Below are positions 27,015-37,597 of a stretch of DNA of 64,000 nt, in pieces. Both the position numbers and the translations under genes were made by a program. The notes beneath the pieces were generated by a model, which made no database searches, was not told the origin of the DNA, and worked only from the letters and a program-made list of their open reading frames with translations. Position 1 is the stretch's first letter; every line of letters begins with the position of its first letter. This stretch comes from Patescibacteria group bacterium. GTDB taxonomy: Bacteria > Patescibacteriota > Minisyncoccia > Phycocordibacterales > UBA918. The stretch is taken from positions 2,313 through 66,312 of the forward strand of contig JBCCYW010000004.1 of assembly GCA_039188945.1 (NCBI GenBank), given 5' to 3'.

Positions 27015-28187
27015 ATGAGCACCACCCCAACAGAGTTCCTTAAGTTAGCCGCTGAAACCGCAGAGCATTTTGGTTTTCGGAGTGTCGATGAGTTAAAGAA
27101 GAATCCAGCCTGTAAGGGGTGTCAAACCTCCCTCACCCACAACGCCGGAGCAATCGATCGTCGTATCGACTCTCTGCATGGCCTCCTGACTGCCGGCATC
27201 AATAACTATTGCGATTCAAAACTTAATGGCTTTGAGGGTCCAGTTCTCTTTTATAACGTTGAACAAGTTCCTCGCTCAGGTGAAGCCGCTATTGGGCTCC
27301 AGATTTTTAATGTTGAGAAAAGTATCGCTGAAGCACTACTCATTCAGGCTACTCGCGCCCTTATGAATGACCTAGGACACACGAATCACTACGTACGAGT
27401 AAATACGGTTGGTGACAGCGATTCTGCTACTCGCTACAATCGAGAACTCACCAACTTCCTAAAAAAGCGCCTCGATCTTATGCCACCAACCGCTCGGGAG
27501 CTGATGAAAGAGCATCCGTATGAAGTACTTTCGCATTTAGTAGAAAAGGAACACGAGCTAGCTCTCAAGAGTCCGAACTCACTTGAATACCTCAGCGACC
27601 CGAGTCGTAAGCACTTCCGCGAGATCATTGAATATCTCGACATGAGCGAGACACCTTATGAAATTGATCCGAAGATGCTTGGGCACTACGATTGTTACTC
27701 TGAAGCCCTGTTCTCAATCGAGCTTATGGACGAGGAAGAGAATCGGCTCACCAACGCTCCTGTAGTAGCACGTGGTGGTCGCTATGACACCTTTGTGCAT
27801 CGTAATACCCGCCGCAAAATCCCGGCGGCTGGTGCAGTGGTGATCTTGCGTGAGAAAAAAGCCCCGTCGCGAGCTCCGAAAGTAAAGCTCGGCACCCCTT
27901 CTGTGTATGTAGTACAACTCGGCTTTGGCCCCAAAATCCGTTCCCTGATGATTATTGATGAATTGCGTCGCGCTGGTATTCCGGTGCTGCAAGATCTCGC
28001 CAGCGACTCACTCTCAGCCCAGCTACGAGATGCTGAAGCACGAGGTGTGAGACATACCATAATTGTTGGCCAAAAAGAATTTGTGGAGAACAATGTTATC
28101 TTGCGAGACATGAACGAACGCAACCAGGAACAGATTCCCGTTGACGCACTGGTACGAAGATTGAAGCGACAAGCAGTGGTCGCGTAG
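27015..28187 (+). CDS. Histidyl-tRNA synthetase-like protein with degenerate catalytic motif 2 and intact anticodon-binding domain
   Basis: GGRYD motif and HGTP-type anticodon-binding domain (VYVVQLG...); motif 2 arginines replaced (LFYNVEQVPRSGEAAIGLQ versus FRHERPQKGRYRQFHQ). Confidence 0.55.
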   Translation: MSTTPTEFLKLAAETAEHFGFRSVDELKKNPACKGCQTSLTHNAGAIDRRIDSLHGLLTAGINNYCDSKLNGFEGPVLFYNVEQVPRSGEAAIGLQIFNVEKSIAEALLIQATRALMNDLGHTNHYVRVNTVGDSDSATRYNRELTNFLKKRLDLMPPTARELMKEHPYEVLSHLVEKEHELALKSPNSLEYLSDPSRKHFREIIEYLDMSETPYEIDPKMLGHYDCYSEALFSIELMDEEENRLTNAPVVARGGRYDTFVHRNTRRKIPAAGAVVILREKKAPSRAPKVKLGTPSVYVVQLGFGPKIRSLMIIDELRRAGIPVLQDLASDSLSAQLRDAEARGVRHTIIVGQKEFVENNVILRDMNERNQEQIPVDALVRRLKRQAVVA

Positions 28188-28231
28188 TAGCTTGCGGTTT
28201 TGCGCCTAGAATGCTATATTTTTGCCCACTT

Positions 28232-28471
28232 ATGGCAAGAAATGTAGAAGTAACGAAGAACCAAAACGAAAGCACAGCTAATGTGATTCGCCGGTTCACA
28301 AAGCGAATGCAAGGTTCGGGCATTGTTCCGCGTATGCGGGGCGCTCGCTACTTCTCGCGCACCAAGAGTCGCAATGTCCAAAAGGACGCCCGGCTAAAAA
28401 AGCTAGAGAAGAAAGAGCGATACGAAACTCTCCTCAAGCTCGGTAAAGTCCAGGATCATCGACGACGATAA
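28232..28471 (+). CDS. rpsU: 30S ribosomal protein S21
   Basis: MARNVEVTKNQNESTANVIRRFTKR... matches bS21 pattern. Confidence 0.75.
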   Translation: MARNVEVTKNQNESTANVIRRFTKRMQGSGIVPRMRGARYFSRTKSRNVQKDARLKKLEKKERYETLLKLGKVQDHRRR

Positions 28472-28526
28472 ACATCCATCCATCTGCGGATGGTGTTTTT
28501 CGTTTACCCCATGCTAAGCTCTACTT

Positions 28527-28904
28527 ATGTCTGTATCTATCGCTAGCAGCGTCAAGTCGTACCCTCGCCACAACTACGCAATAATGGCTGAAGATATTCT
28601 CGGTAAGCGCTATGACGTCTCGCTCGTGTTTGTTGGCACCAAGCGAGCCCAATCACTTAATATTCAGTACCGAAACAAGTCGTATACACCAAACGTCCTA
28701 TCCTTTCCGCTGAGTAACGAACAGGGAGAGATCTATATCTGTCCATCGGCCGCTAAAGCGCAAGCTAAGGACTTCACGATGAGCGAACGCGAATATATAG
28801 CGTTTCTATTTATCCACGGGTGCCTCCATTTGAAAGGACATACTCACGGGGCTACAATGGAGAAAGCGGAGCAACGGTATTTCAAGAAATATTTCCGCCG
28901 CTAA
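28527..28904 (+). CDS. ybeY: rRNA maturation RNase YbeY
   Basis: HGCLHLKGHTH zinc-binding motif. Confidence 0.8.
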   Translation: MSVSIASSVKSYPRHNYAIMAEDILGKRYDVSLVFVGTKRAQSLNIQYRNKSYTPNVLSFPLSNEQGEIYICPSAAKAQAKDFTMSEREYIAFLFIHGCLHLKGHTHGATMEKAEQRYFKKYFRR

Positions 28905-28930
28905 AGCGCAAGACCCGCGTTACGTTTTTT

Positions 28931-30100
28931 ATGGCTGAACAAATCATCACTGGTATCGACGTAGGCACCTACCAAGTTAAGGTGGCGATTGTTCGTGTGC
29001 CAAAAAATAAAAAGGATCGGTCCTTGCCGCAGATTATCGGCACTGGTTATGCTGAGAGCCGTGGCTTGCGCAATGGCTATATCATCAACGAATCTGATGT
29101 GCTTCGCAGTGTGCGAAGTGCAGTTTCGCAAGCTGAAAAAGCCGCTGGCGTAACCGTGAAGAAAGCATATATCTCTATTGGCAGTATTGGCGTAGATGAA
29201 ATCCGCTCACGGGGCGAGGTAATCACCTCACGAGCTGATTCTGAAATTACGGCCGTTGATACTGATAAAGCGATGCAAGATAGTGAGGAGCGGATTATGG
29301 ACCAACTACCAAATCGAAAGATTCTGCATGGCATCCCCCTCACCTACTATGTTGATGGTGAGGAGGTACTAGGAAAGCCACATGGCATGAGAGGTACCAA
29401 GCTTGAGGTTGAGTCATTGTTTATTACCACTTTTGAGCAGCACCTCAATGACTTGATTACAGCAATTGAAAGCACTGGTGTCTATGTTGAAGACGTCATG
29501 GCGTCACAGCTAGCTGCCAGCTTTGTCATGCTCACCAAGGCACAAAAGCGTGCCGGTTGTATTCTAGCGAATATTGGCGCTGAAACCGTCTCGATAGTTG
29601 TGTTTGAAGATGGTATTCCAGTTTCTCTCAAGGTGTTCCCCATTGGCTCAAATGACATCACTAACGACATTGCCCTCGGCCTGAAGATTCCGCTCGAAGA
29701 GGCCGAGAAGATTAAGCGTGGCACGATTTCAAGTGCCTCATATTCTAAGAAGAAGCTGGAAGAAATTGTGGCTGCTCGATTGACTGACATCTTCGAACTC
29801 ATAGATGTTCATTTAAAAAATATTAAAAAAGACGGCCTCCTGCCAGCCGGGATTATTTTAACTGGCGGTGGTTCAGGCCTCGCTACTATTCAAGATCTTG
29901 CCAAGGGTGTGCTACATCTACCCTCACGGATTGCAACGCTTGAGATTGGTAAAAATGCCAAAGTAAAAGATTCTTCATGGGCGGTTGCGTACGGACTCTG
30001 TATGTGGGGAGCCAGTGATGAAGAAGAGACCGGCGGTATTGGGATTGTTAAACAAACCAAATCTACACTGCTCGATTGGGTAAGCCAATTCCTCCCTTGA
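28931..30100 (+). CDS. ftsA: Cell division protein FtsA
   Basis: MAEQIITGIDVGT... actin-like ATPase, GGGSGLA motif, adjacent ftsZ. Confidence 0.85.
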   Translation: MAEQIITGIDVGTYQVKVAIVRVPKNKKDRSLPQIIGTGYAESRGLRNGYIINESDVLRSVRSAVSQAEKAAGVTVKKAYISIGSIGVDEIRSRGEVITSRADSEITAVDTDKAMQDSEERIMDQLPNRKILHGIPLTYYVDGEEVLGKPHGMRGTKLEVESLFITTFEQHLNDLITAIESTGVYVEDVMASQLAASFVMLTKAQKRAGCILANIGAETVSIVVFEDGIPVSLKVFPIGSNDITNDIALGLKIPLEEAEKIKRGTISSASYSKKKLEEIVAARLTDIFELIDVHLKNIKKDGLLPAGIILTGGGSGLATIQDLAKGVLHLPSRIATLEIGKNAKVKDSSWAVAYGLCMWGASDEEETGGIGIVKQTKSTLLDWVSQFLP

Positions 30101-30260
30101 CCCTTCCTTGAACACCATCTTTTGAATACTACGTCAATCACACAAAAGTCAGTTTCGTCAATATAGTGACAGACCAAAACCAGGCATGTATGATACCCCT
30201 ACTTACAAGGAATGTACTCAGGGGTGGGTGCAGTAATGCTTGGAGCAAATATTCAAACGT

Positions 30261-31505
30261 ATGGAACAGATCAAAACAGACGTTGAGTCATTTGCGCGAA
30301 TCCGTGTGATTGGTGTTGGTGGCTCTGGCAGTAATGCCGTAAACCACATGGTGTCCTCAAAGGTGAAGGGAGTGGAGTTCATTGCCGTCAATAGCGACGC
30401 GCAGGACTTACACCACTCACTTGCTAAGAAAAAGATTCATATCGGTAAAAACCTCACTCGAGGTCTTGGTGCTGGTGGTAACCCTGACATGGGGCGTCGG
30501 GCTGCCGAAGAGACACGTGAAGAAATCGCGAACGCCATTAAAGGTTCTGACATGATCTTTATCACTGGTGGTATGGGCGGTGGAACCGGAACTGGTGCTG
30601 CACCAGTGGTCGCCAAGATCGCTCGCGAGAGTGGCGCCCTCACCGTTGGGGTAGTGACAAAGCCGTTCCTCTTTGAAGGTCAGGAGCGAATGCGAATGGC
30701 GATGTCTGGTATTGAGGAGCTAAAGAAAGAAGTTGATGCTCTTATTACGATCCCTAACGATCGTCTCCTTGCGATTGTCGACAAAGAAACGACTGTTAAG
30801 AGTGCTTTCGAACAAGCTGACAATGTCCTCAAGCAAGCTGTTGAGGGGATCTCCGACCTTATTACTATGCCAGGTATTATTAACGTCGACTTCGCGGATA
30901 TCCGTAGTGTTATGGAGAATGCCGGTTCAGCTCTCATGGGCGTCGGTATTTCTACCGGTGAGAAGCGTTCAGAAGAAGCGGCTAATGGTGCGATCAACTC
31001 ACCCCTCCTTGAAGTCTCAATCACTGGAGCGAAAGGTGTCCTCTTTGCCATCGCGGGAGGCGACGACCTTGGTATGCTTGAAATTCAAGACGCAGCCCGT
31101 GTGATCACTGAATCAATTGACCCGCAGGCCAAGGTAATCTTCGGTGCGATTCGAGATGAAAAACTTAAGAAGAATGAAGTAAAGGTCACCGTAATCGCGA
31201 CTGGTTTCCCAGAGGAAGCTGGCCTAAACAATACGGTTACCCGACAAGCTCCGGTATCGGAACGGACTGAAGAATCGGAAGCTCCAGAAGAAAAAGCTGA
31301 TACACGTGGTCGTATTTTTAACTCCCTCAGCCCACGCAAAGAAGAGCCAGAGGAAGCGCCAGTAGCGGTAGCAGCCAAAGACGAGCCAGTAGAAAAAGCC
31401 ACGCTACCGAAGCGCGACCCAAAGCCTGTTGATCCGATTGATGAAGAAGACGAGGATGACTGGGGCGCCGTACCGGCATTTTTGCGAAGAAGTAAATTAA
31501 AATAA
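30261..31505 (+). CDS. ftsZ: Cell division protein FtsZ
   Basis: [30 protein letters not shown] tubulin signature; start at second Met, track start is TTG at 30240. Confidence 0.9.
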   Translation: MEQIKTDVESFARIRVIGVGGSGSNAVNHMVSSKVKGVEFIAVNSDAQDLHHSLAKKKIHIGKNLTRGLGAGGNPDMGRRAAEETREEIANAIKGSDMIFITGGMGGGTGTGAAPVVAKIARESGALTVGVVTKPFLFEGQERMRMAMSGIEELKKEVDALITIPNDRLLAIVDKETTVKSAFEQADNVLKQAVEGISDLITMPGIINVDFADIRSVMENAGSALMGVGISTGEKRSEEAANGAINSPLLEVSITGAKGVLFAIAGGDDLGMLEIQDAARVITESIDPQAKVIFGAIRDEKLKKNEVKVTVIATGFPEEAGLNNTVTRQAPVSERTEESEAPEEKADTRGRIFNSLSPRKEEPEEAPVAVAAKDEPVEKATLPKRDPKPVDPIDEEDEDDWGAVPAFLRRSKLK

Positions 31506-31558
31506 TTTACTTGCAAAAATACCAACGGCGACCCAATCATCGTAGATGAGTGTGGGCT

Positions 31559-31582
31559 AAAAAGTGCTGGAGCACTTTTTAG
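31559..31582 (+). terminator. Intrinsic terminator after ftsZ (AAAAGTGCT-GGA-GCACTTTTT)
   Basis: Hairpin plus T-tract; a second hairpin AACAAACACTG...CAGTGTTTGTT follows at about 31622-31652. Confidence 0.6.
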
Positions 31583-31690
31583 GATGGTACGTAACCTGAA
31601 ATAATCCTCTCTTTCATGAGTAACAAACACTGTCCGTTGGGCAGTGTTTGTTGATATACTTCCCTTGTCTTCATATCTTACATTTTATTT

Positions 31691-32614
31691 ATGCTTTACG
31701 ACTTAGTAATAATCGGTGGTGGTCCAGCAGGTATTGCTGCTGGCGTGTATGCATCGAGAAAACAACTCAAAACACTTTTTCTTACCAAAGACTGGGGTGG
31801 GCAAAGTACTGTCTCCCCTGGTATCCAGAATTGGATAGGCACCCCTTCTATTAGCGGAACCGATTTAGCGAAAGAGCTTAAAGAACATCTTGACGCATAC
31901 GCTGGGGATGTGGTCCATATACACGAAAACGCCGAGGTCACACAGATAGAACAACAGCCTGATCACTTTTTGGTGTATCGCAGTGAGGGTGAGGCTGTGA
32001 CTGCAAGAGCTATTCTTGTTACAACTGGCTCTGAGCGTCGACGACTCCAAATCCCGGGCGCTGAGCAGTTTGAGCACAAAGGACTTACCTATTGTGCTAG
32101 CTGTGACGGTCCTTTGTTTGCCGGGCAAGACGTGGCTGTAATTGGAGGCGGCAACGCTGGCTTTGAAACCGCCGCTCAGCTACTGGCCTATACAAAAAGC
32201 GTTACGCTCTTACAACGTAGTGACACCTATAAAGCTGATCCAGCCACTGTCGAGACCGTCCTCGCTCATGAAAATATGACTGGTATTCTGAATGCTGAGA
32301 TTACTGAGATACAGGGGGAAAATTTTGTACACAACATTACCTACAAGGATGCTGTTGGTGGTCTGCAATCACTCGCCGTAACCGGAGTGTTTGCCGAAAT
32401 CGGTCTTATTCCAAACACAGGTTTTTTGGGAGAATTGCTTGAGCTTGATGACTATGGACGCATTATTATTGATCCCTGGACCCAACAAACCTCCGTGCCT
32501 GGTATTTGGGCAGCCGGCGACTGTACTAATATCAAATACCACCAAAACAATATTTCTGCCGGTGATGGCGTGCGAGCACTCGAAGATATCTACGTCAATC
32601 TCAAAGCGAAGTAA
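31691..32614 (+). CDS. trxB: Thioredoxin reductase (FAD/NADPH-dependent)
   Basis: VIIGGGPAG, CASCDGP redox motif, GGGNAG. Confidence 0.85.
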   Translation: MLYDLVIIGGGPAGIAAGVYASRKQLKTLFLTKDWGGQSTVSPGIQNWIGTPSISGTDLAKELKEHLDAYAGDVVHIHENAEVTQIEQQPDHFLVYRSEGEAVTARAILVTTGSERRRLQIPGAEQFEHKGLTYCASCDGPLFAGQDVAVIGGGNAGFETAAQLLAYTKSVTLLQRSDTYKADPATVETVLAHENMTGILNAEITEIQGENFVHNITYKDAVGGLQSLAVTGVFAEIGLIPNTGFLGELLELDDYGRIIIDPWTQQTSVPGIWAAGDCTNIKYHQNNISAGDGVRALEDIYVNLKAK

Positions 32615-32640
32615 CAGCCATCTTCTTATCTCTCAATGAC

Positions 32641-32670
32641 AAAAGCGCCCTTGCGGGCGCTTTTGTCTGT
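32641..32670 (+). terminator. Intrinsic terminator after trxB (AAAAGCGCCC-TTGC-GGGCGCTTTT)
   Basis: Seen in sequence. Confidence 0.75.
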
Positions 32671-32952
32671 ACAACGTAGAGCTTCGGTATACGTCCTTAT
32701 ATCTCTTAGCCGAGAGATATAGTATGGAGAAAGCCACCACAACGCATACCTGTAGTAAGGATCTCACGCCCAGATAAAGTGTCAAGATCATACTAAAACC
32801 CTTATTTCTAGTCGTTTCTGTGGAAAACTGGTGGATAAGTAGTGTATAGACCTGTAGAAAACTGCGTGTAAAACCCTGCTGATAAGTCCGTTGACATATA
32901 TTGCTCAAAAAGATGTACTTAATTGATAGAAGTTTGACAGTTCGTCAAACCG

Positions 32953-33414
32953 GTGACGGACGTCATCAGCAATCGGCACCCCCCGCTCGTGCCACCGGAG
33001 CTTATAAGTAACTGCGCCCTTGGCGCTGTGTGTATGGAAAAGTTTTATACCCTTTTCTGTGCAACCGATGAGCTTCATACCAGCCCGGCGATTCAAATGT
33101 ATAGTCGCCTTCACGATATCACCCTCTCACTTGGCGAGGAGCAGGTTATGTCATTCCTACTCCCCTCATACATTCACTCGTATCAACACGATGAGGTGTG
33201 TGTGTTATACGACCCCGATATGGTTGACCTCAACTCGGCAACCGTAACTGAGCAACGTCGTGGCAGCCGTGTGTTTACCAATATATCAATTAGCCTTACT
33301 CCTCGTGACATCGGTAGTAGCACCCTTGGGTTTGTGAGTCCTGAGAGTGCTGAGATTTATAGCCTCTTAGCCAGCTATGAACCAAGATTTATTAGTACTA
33401 AGAACATCCTATAA
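32953..33414 (+). CDS. Hypothetical protein (153 aa)
   Basis: ORF only. Confidence 0.4.
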   Translation: MTDVISNRHPPLVPPELISNCALGAVCMEKFYTLFCATDELHTSPAIQMYSRLHDITLSLGEEQVMSFLLPSYIHSYQHDEVCVLYDPDMVDLNSATVTEQRRGSRVFTNISISLTPRDIGSSTLGFVSPESAEIYSLLASYEPRFISTKNIL

Positions 33415-34125
33415 TGCGAAAAACGTTCCAACAAAATAGGCCAAAAGAGCGGCGGTACCGCCGACGGCAACTACTTCAAAGAGCGATGGTAAAATTTTGG
33501 TCCCAACCGCGCGCCACTTCAATAGGCCGAGTAAAATAAGCGCGGTAGCGGTGCCAAGGGAAGAATACAAGAAAGCAGCTCCAGCGTCTCCTTCATTCTG
33601 AAGCATGAAGGGTAGTAGTGGAATTGCTCCAAACACCATAAATGAGACGAAAGTAGCGAGCCCAGTGAAGATTTCATTTTCCCCTCGAGGGTCTGGCATT
33701 TCACGCTGGTGTTGCATCATAAAATCAACCCAGTAGTCTTCGTTGTGTCGATAGATGTTTGCTAGCGTTCTCGCATCGGCCTCTGAGAAACCTTGGTTTA
33801 TGATAACTGTCACAGTTTCTTCGATCTGCTGTTCAGGATCAGTCTCTGCTTGTAGGCGTTCTTTGTTTCGATATGAAGTATACAAATCTTTCTCAGACCG
33901 AACCGAAAGAAAATTCCCTAGACCCATCGAAGCCGCGTCAGCAAATAAGTTTGCTAATCCAAACAAAAGCACCACCATAAATGAGAGTTGGGTGGTGGCT
34001 TCGTTACTCAACGCCGCTCCAGCAAACCCGGCCACTACCGCAAAGGTAGTAATAATGCCGTCAATCCCACCGTAAATAATTTCTTTAAAATGGTCGGCCA
34101 GGGCTGAGGGTTTTTCTTTTTCCAT
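33409..34125 (-). CDS. VIT1/CCC1-family membrane protein (iron/manganese transporter-like)
   Basis: GGIDGIITTFAVVAGFAGA... and five TM helices; start at MEKEKPS (track start 34251). Confidence 0.65.
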   Translation of the reverse strand: MEKEKPSALADHFKEIIYGGIDGIITTFAVVAGFAGAALSNEATTQLSFMVVLLFGLANLFADAASMGLGNFLSVRSEKDLYTSYRNKERLQAETDPEQQIEETVTVIINQGFSEADARTLANIYRHNEDYWVDFMMQHQREMPDPRGENEIFTGLATFVSFMVFGAIPLLPFMLQNEGDAGAAFLYSSLGTATALILLGLLKWRAVGTKILPSLFEVVAVGGTAALLAYFVGTFFAL

Positions 34126-34169
34126 GGGTTTGAGTGTAGCATGGTAACCAGAGTGTAGGTGAAAAAAAT

Positions 34170-34796
34170 TTGCTAGGATGTCTATTAATGCAAAATACTT
34201 ACTCGCTTTGTTACTCAGATGTAGCACCTGATGTATGGGCTGCGTTAGCAAAGATCGAAAGGACAGGTTGGGTAATGAGGGGAATATCAGATCCTGAGAC
34301 CGTCCAGGAACACACCCTCGCTCTCATAAGACTAGCTGAAGAAATACACACTATTGGAGAGTATAAAGCGAATGGATTGTTTCAGATTTTGGAGGTTCAC
34401 GACTGGCCAGAGGCGATTGTTGGCGATGAAGTAATAATCGAATACGACGAAGAAAAAAGAAGACGACTAAAGGTGTTGAAGAACCGGAAAGAAGTTGAAG
34501 CGATGAAAGAAATTACTAGACCACTTGGAGAAGTTGGTAAAGAAATAAACGCACTGTGGCTAAGGTATGAAAATAGTAGTGATGAAACTGCTCAATTTGC
34601 AAAAGAACTTGATAAATATCAAGCAGTCGAACAGGCTCTTACTTATGAAATAGAACAAAATAAAAATGGCATTTATTACGAATTTTTAGACTATCTCCAG
34701 AACTCAATAACTAGCGAAGTATTGAAAGAAAAACTATATTTACTTGAGCAAAAAGCACATGATCACGGGATTGAGAGAAAATGCGTTGAAAAATAA
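34170..34796 (+). CDS. HD-domain phosphohydrolase (YfbR-like)
   Basis: H...HD...D motif: HTLALI...EVHDWPEAIVGD. Confidence 0.65.
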   Translation: MLGCLLMQNTYSLCYSDVAPDVWAALAKIERTGWVMRGISDPETVQEHTLALIRLAEEIHTIGEYKANGLFQILEVHDWPEAIVGDEVIIEYDEEKRRRLKVLKNRKEVEAMKEITRPLGEVGKEINALWLRYENSSDETAQFAKELDKYQAVEQALTYEIEQNKNGIYYEFLDYLQNSITSEVLKEKLYLLEQKAHDHGIERKCVEK

Positions 34797-35045
34797 GCTT
34801 CAAAATTGGTGGACCCACGGGGATCGGTCAGGAGTCGGTTATTTTCTGTGGTCACGAGTTACTAACCATAATCTTTACTTCGCAAAGATTCAGCTAAGTA
34901 CTCTCGACCCCGGCTCACTCCTTTTCTGCTCAAAGTAGGGAGCAGAAAAGATCGCTCCGCCTATCACTGAAACACGTGAGTGAAATTATTCACTCACTAA
35001 AGTAAAGACCACTGGATAGTATCCAGTGGTCTTTACTTTATCTCA

Positions 35046-35117
35046 GTGATCCCACGGGGAATCGAACCCCGATTTCCAGGATGAAAACCTGGCGTCCTAA
35101 CCATTAGACGATGGGAC
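35046..35117 (-). tRNA. tRNA-Glu (anticodon TTC)
   Basis: Reverse complement GGTCCCATCGTCTAATGGTTAGGACGCCAGGTTTTCATCCTGGAAATCGGGGTTCGATTCCCCGTGGGATCA; followed by 20-bp perfect hairpin at 35000-35042. Confidence 0.85.
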
Positions 35118-35344
35118 CGGACAAAATCTACGATTTAGTTCGGTGCCATCGTCGTAGGCGATGGGTGAGAAAGCCTGGGAGGCTTTCGCAAGACCTTGCC
35201 TAGTATTTCATGACGCTAGGAAATGAAATGCTGACAAGGTATACAGCCCCTGTAAGGGGCGGACTGGCTTAAAATAAAAAGCTCGGTCCCCGAACGTGGC
35301 CAAAATCATACCAAAAAAATATAAAAAAGCTAGAGTTTTAATAG

Positions 35345-35380
35345 CAAAAGGCCGGCGATCTCTGATCGCCGGCCTTTTGC
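35345..35380 (-). terminator. Intrinsic terminator (GGCCGGCGATC-TCT-GATCGCCGGCC + T-tract on minus strand)
   Basis: Seen in sequence, downstream of 35390..36208. Confidence 0.75.
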
Positions 35381-35389
35381 ACAGATTCC

Positions 35390-36208
35390 CTACCGATACT
35401 TTCTCATAAACTGTGGCGTCAAAATGTCATCACGAACATTTGAGGCGAACAGAATAATTACGCCAACCAGGAAGGCTAGTTCTCGCTTGGTGCTATCGAA
35501 GGCTTTAAAGACAGAATCTTTCGCCAGCATGGTGTCACCAATCGCAAACACCAGAAACAGCACCGACAATCCGGCGACATATTTCACTTGCACGTTAGCC
35601 ATCAGCATTACCCCCAGTACAAACACAATCGCCAGTGGCACTGAGCTATTGAGCGGGTTACTCATCACCCCAGTTGAGAAGAGGGCTGAAACCACGAAGG
35701 TGAAGCCAATTCCAAACCGAAGGGCAAAAGAAAGAATTTCTTCTCTTCCCTCTCTGGTGAGGTGTCGAAAGTAGCGATCAATACTGTACTTGCCAGGACC
35801 GTAGTACGCCAAGCCAAAGCTCATCGCCATCAGTGTTAAGTCGCGACTTAAGCGGATCTCCCCCACCACAGGGTTTGCCGCCACAAACGCCCAATACAAG
35901 AGACCCATTGAGACAGCGGTGATGGTAGTGAAGAACCCAAGGATAAGGAGTGTTCCAAGGAGCATTTCAAGCAAGCCCTGCAAGAACAGGTATGTACTTA
36001 CCTCGATCCCAAGCGTCGCATTAATCCACTCCACAAAATATGGAGCGATCCAACCATTATCGGGGTTGGCATAGGAAACCGCGAGTGCAGCTGGGTCGGC
36101 TGGAAAAGCGATCTTATAACCAGAAATAAAGAAGACAAATCCCAGTACGAGCCGCAGGGCTAGTTTTTGATAATCTGGGTTTTGTAGATAAGAAATGAGT
36201 TGTTGCAT
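35390..36208 (-). CDS. DoxX-like polytopic membrane protein
   Basis: Multiple TM helices; family call tentative. Confidence 0.5.
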   Translation of the reverse strand: MQQLISYLQNPDYQKLALRLVLGFVFFISGYKIAFPADPAALAVSYANPDNGWIAPYFVEWINATLGIEVSTYLFLQGLLEMLLGTLLILGFFTTITAVSMGLLYWAFVAANPVVGEIRLSRDLTLMAMSFGLAYYGPGKYSIDRYFRHLTREGREEILSFALRFGIGFTFVVSALFSTGVMSNPLNSSVPLAIVFVLGVMLMANVQVKYVAGLSVLFLVFAIGDTMLAKDSVFKAFDSTKRELAFLVGVIILFASNVRDDILTPQFMRKYR

Positions 36209-36245
36209 ACATCAACAAAGTTACTCTAGTAAACTTCGAGATGTA

Positions 36246-36614
36246 CTACGAGAGATGCGATCGTGCGAGCTTCACTGGCCAATCTAAATCTGGTGGCGGC
36301 GCGTGTATGTCTGGCGGAACAAAAGTTTGCCGATCAATCGAACCGGCTTCCTTGATCACCACCTCAGCCACTCGTGGCAAAACTGCGACTTGCAGAACTC
36401 TTGTCTGAACATCGCCTGCTACCAATCCTAGATTATCGATCTCCGCCTTAAGATGACAATTACAAAATTCATCTTCACCAACCTCCGCTTCTGCCACCGC
36501 TGGGACACTTGGTTCTTCAGCAAGAACATCAACACCACAGCTGCTGGTGACAACTGCCGCTAGAAGCAATAAGGAGAATGTGGCTATTGAAAATTGCTTA
36601 AGCAACGACGTCAT
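36246..36614 (-). CDS. Small secreted protein / putative lipoprotein (signal peptide ...VVTSSC)
   Basis: Internal Met of track ORF 36246..36968; the longer version overlaps the Nudix gene and is low-complexity. Confidence 0.35.
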   Translation of the reverse strand: MTSLLKQFSIATFSLLLLAAVVTSSCGVDVLAEEPSVPAVAEAEVGEDEFCNCHLKAEIDNLGLVAGDVQTRVLQVAVLPRVAEVVIKEAGSIDRQTFVPPDIHAPPPDLDWPVKLARSHLS

Positions 36615-36681
36615 AAATCTAGATAACTGTATCAAAATACTGATGAGCGGCAAGGGTGATAATTTTGCTATACTCAGGCAC

Positions 36682-37107
36682 ATGAAAACACACGCAGCTT
36701 TTGTACTAAAAGACGAAGACGGAAACTTATTATTTGTTAAACGATCAGAGAGTAAATCAACCCTCCCCGGCGCCTGGTCATTCCCTTCTGGAACAAAGGA
36801 GGAAGAAGAAACTATCGAAGAAACTGCCGTGAGAGAAGCTAAAGAGGAGCTAGACCTAACGGTTACCTTTGAACATATTGCTGGTAAAACCGATCTTGAG
36901 AGTTTTGGCGTTGAGCTGCACTTTGTCGTCTGCTCTGTTTCGAATGAAGAAAAAGAGACATTAACCATTATGGATTATGAAGAAATTGCTGATGTGCAGT
37001 GGATGAAACTCGAGGAATTTTTCAGGACATACCAAGACGACACCATTGGCCACGGCCTGGTATGGCTGCGAACTCACCCGGAAATTGCTAGTAAACTCAC
37101 CTCATAA
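36682..37107 (+). CDS. Nudix hydrolase
   Basis: Nudix box GTKEEEETIEETAVREAKEELDL; start could be 36643. Confidence 0.75.
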   Translation: MKTHAAFVLKDEDGNLLFVKRSESKSTLPGAWSFPSGTKEEEETIEETAVREAKEELDLTVTFEHIAGKTDLESFGVELHFVVCSVSNEEKETLTIMDYEEIADVQWMKLEEFFRTYQDDTIGHGLVWLRTHPEIASKLTS

Positions 37108-37562
37108 TGGAATACCTACACACCATGGTCCGGATTACGGACATCGAAGCGTCGCTCGACTTTTACGTTACCAAGTTAGGAATGGTTGAAACGAATCGAA
37201 TTGAAAATGAAGCCGGGAGATTTACCCTCATCTTTTTGGCCGCACCAGAGCAGGCCGCCTCGGCCAAGGAGACCAAAACTCCCCTCCTCGAGCTTACCTA
37301 CAACTGGCCAGACGAAAATGGTGAAACCGAATCGTATACTTCAGGACGCAACTTTGGTCACCTAGCTTTTCGAGTAAACAATATCTACGAAACCTGTCAG
37401 AAACTACAAGATGCTGGTGTAATCATCAACCGACCACCTCGTGATGGTTACATGGCTTTCATTAAATCACCCGACAACATTTCAATTGAACTCTTACAGG
37501 CTGGCGAGAAGCTGCCGCCCCAAGAACCATGGGCAAGCATGGAAAATATTGGTAGCTGGTAA
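37107..37562 (+). CDS. Glyoxalase I / VOC-family lyase
   Basis: MVRITDIEASLDFYVTKLGM...GHLAFRV pattern. Confidence 0.7.
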   Translation: MEYLHTMVRITDIEASLDFYVTKLGMVETNRIENEAGRFTLIFLAAPEQAASAKETKTPLLELTYNWPDENGETESYTSGRNFGHLAFRVNNIYETCQKLQDAGVIINRPPRDGYMAFIKSPDNISIELLQAGEKLPPQEPWASMENIGSW

Positions 37563-37597
37563 AAGCGAGAGGCGCGGATGTGCCCCGCGCCTTTGTC

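Noticed and set aside
36246-36968. Full-length 240-aa minus ORF
   Set aside because: N-terminal 118 residues are low-complexity Ser-rich and overlap the well-supported Nudix gene on the plus strand; only the C-terminal part from MTSLLKQ is retained as a low-confidence lipoprotein
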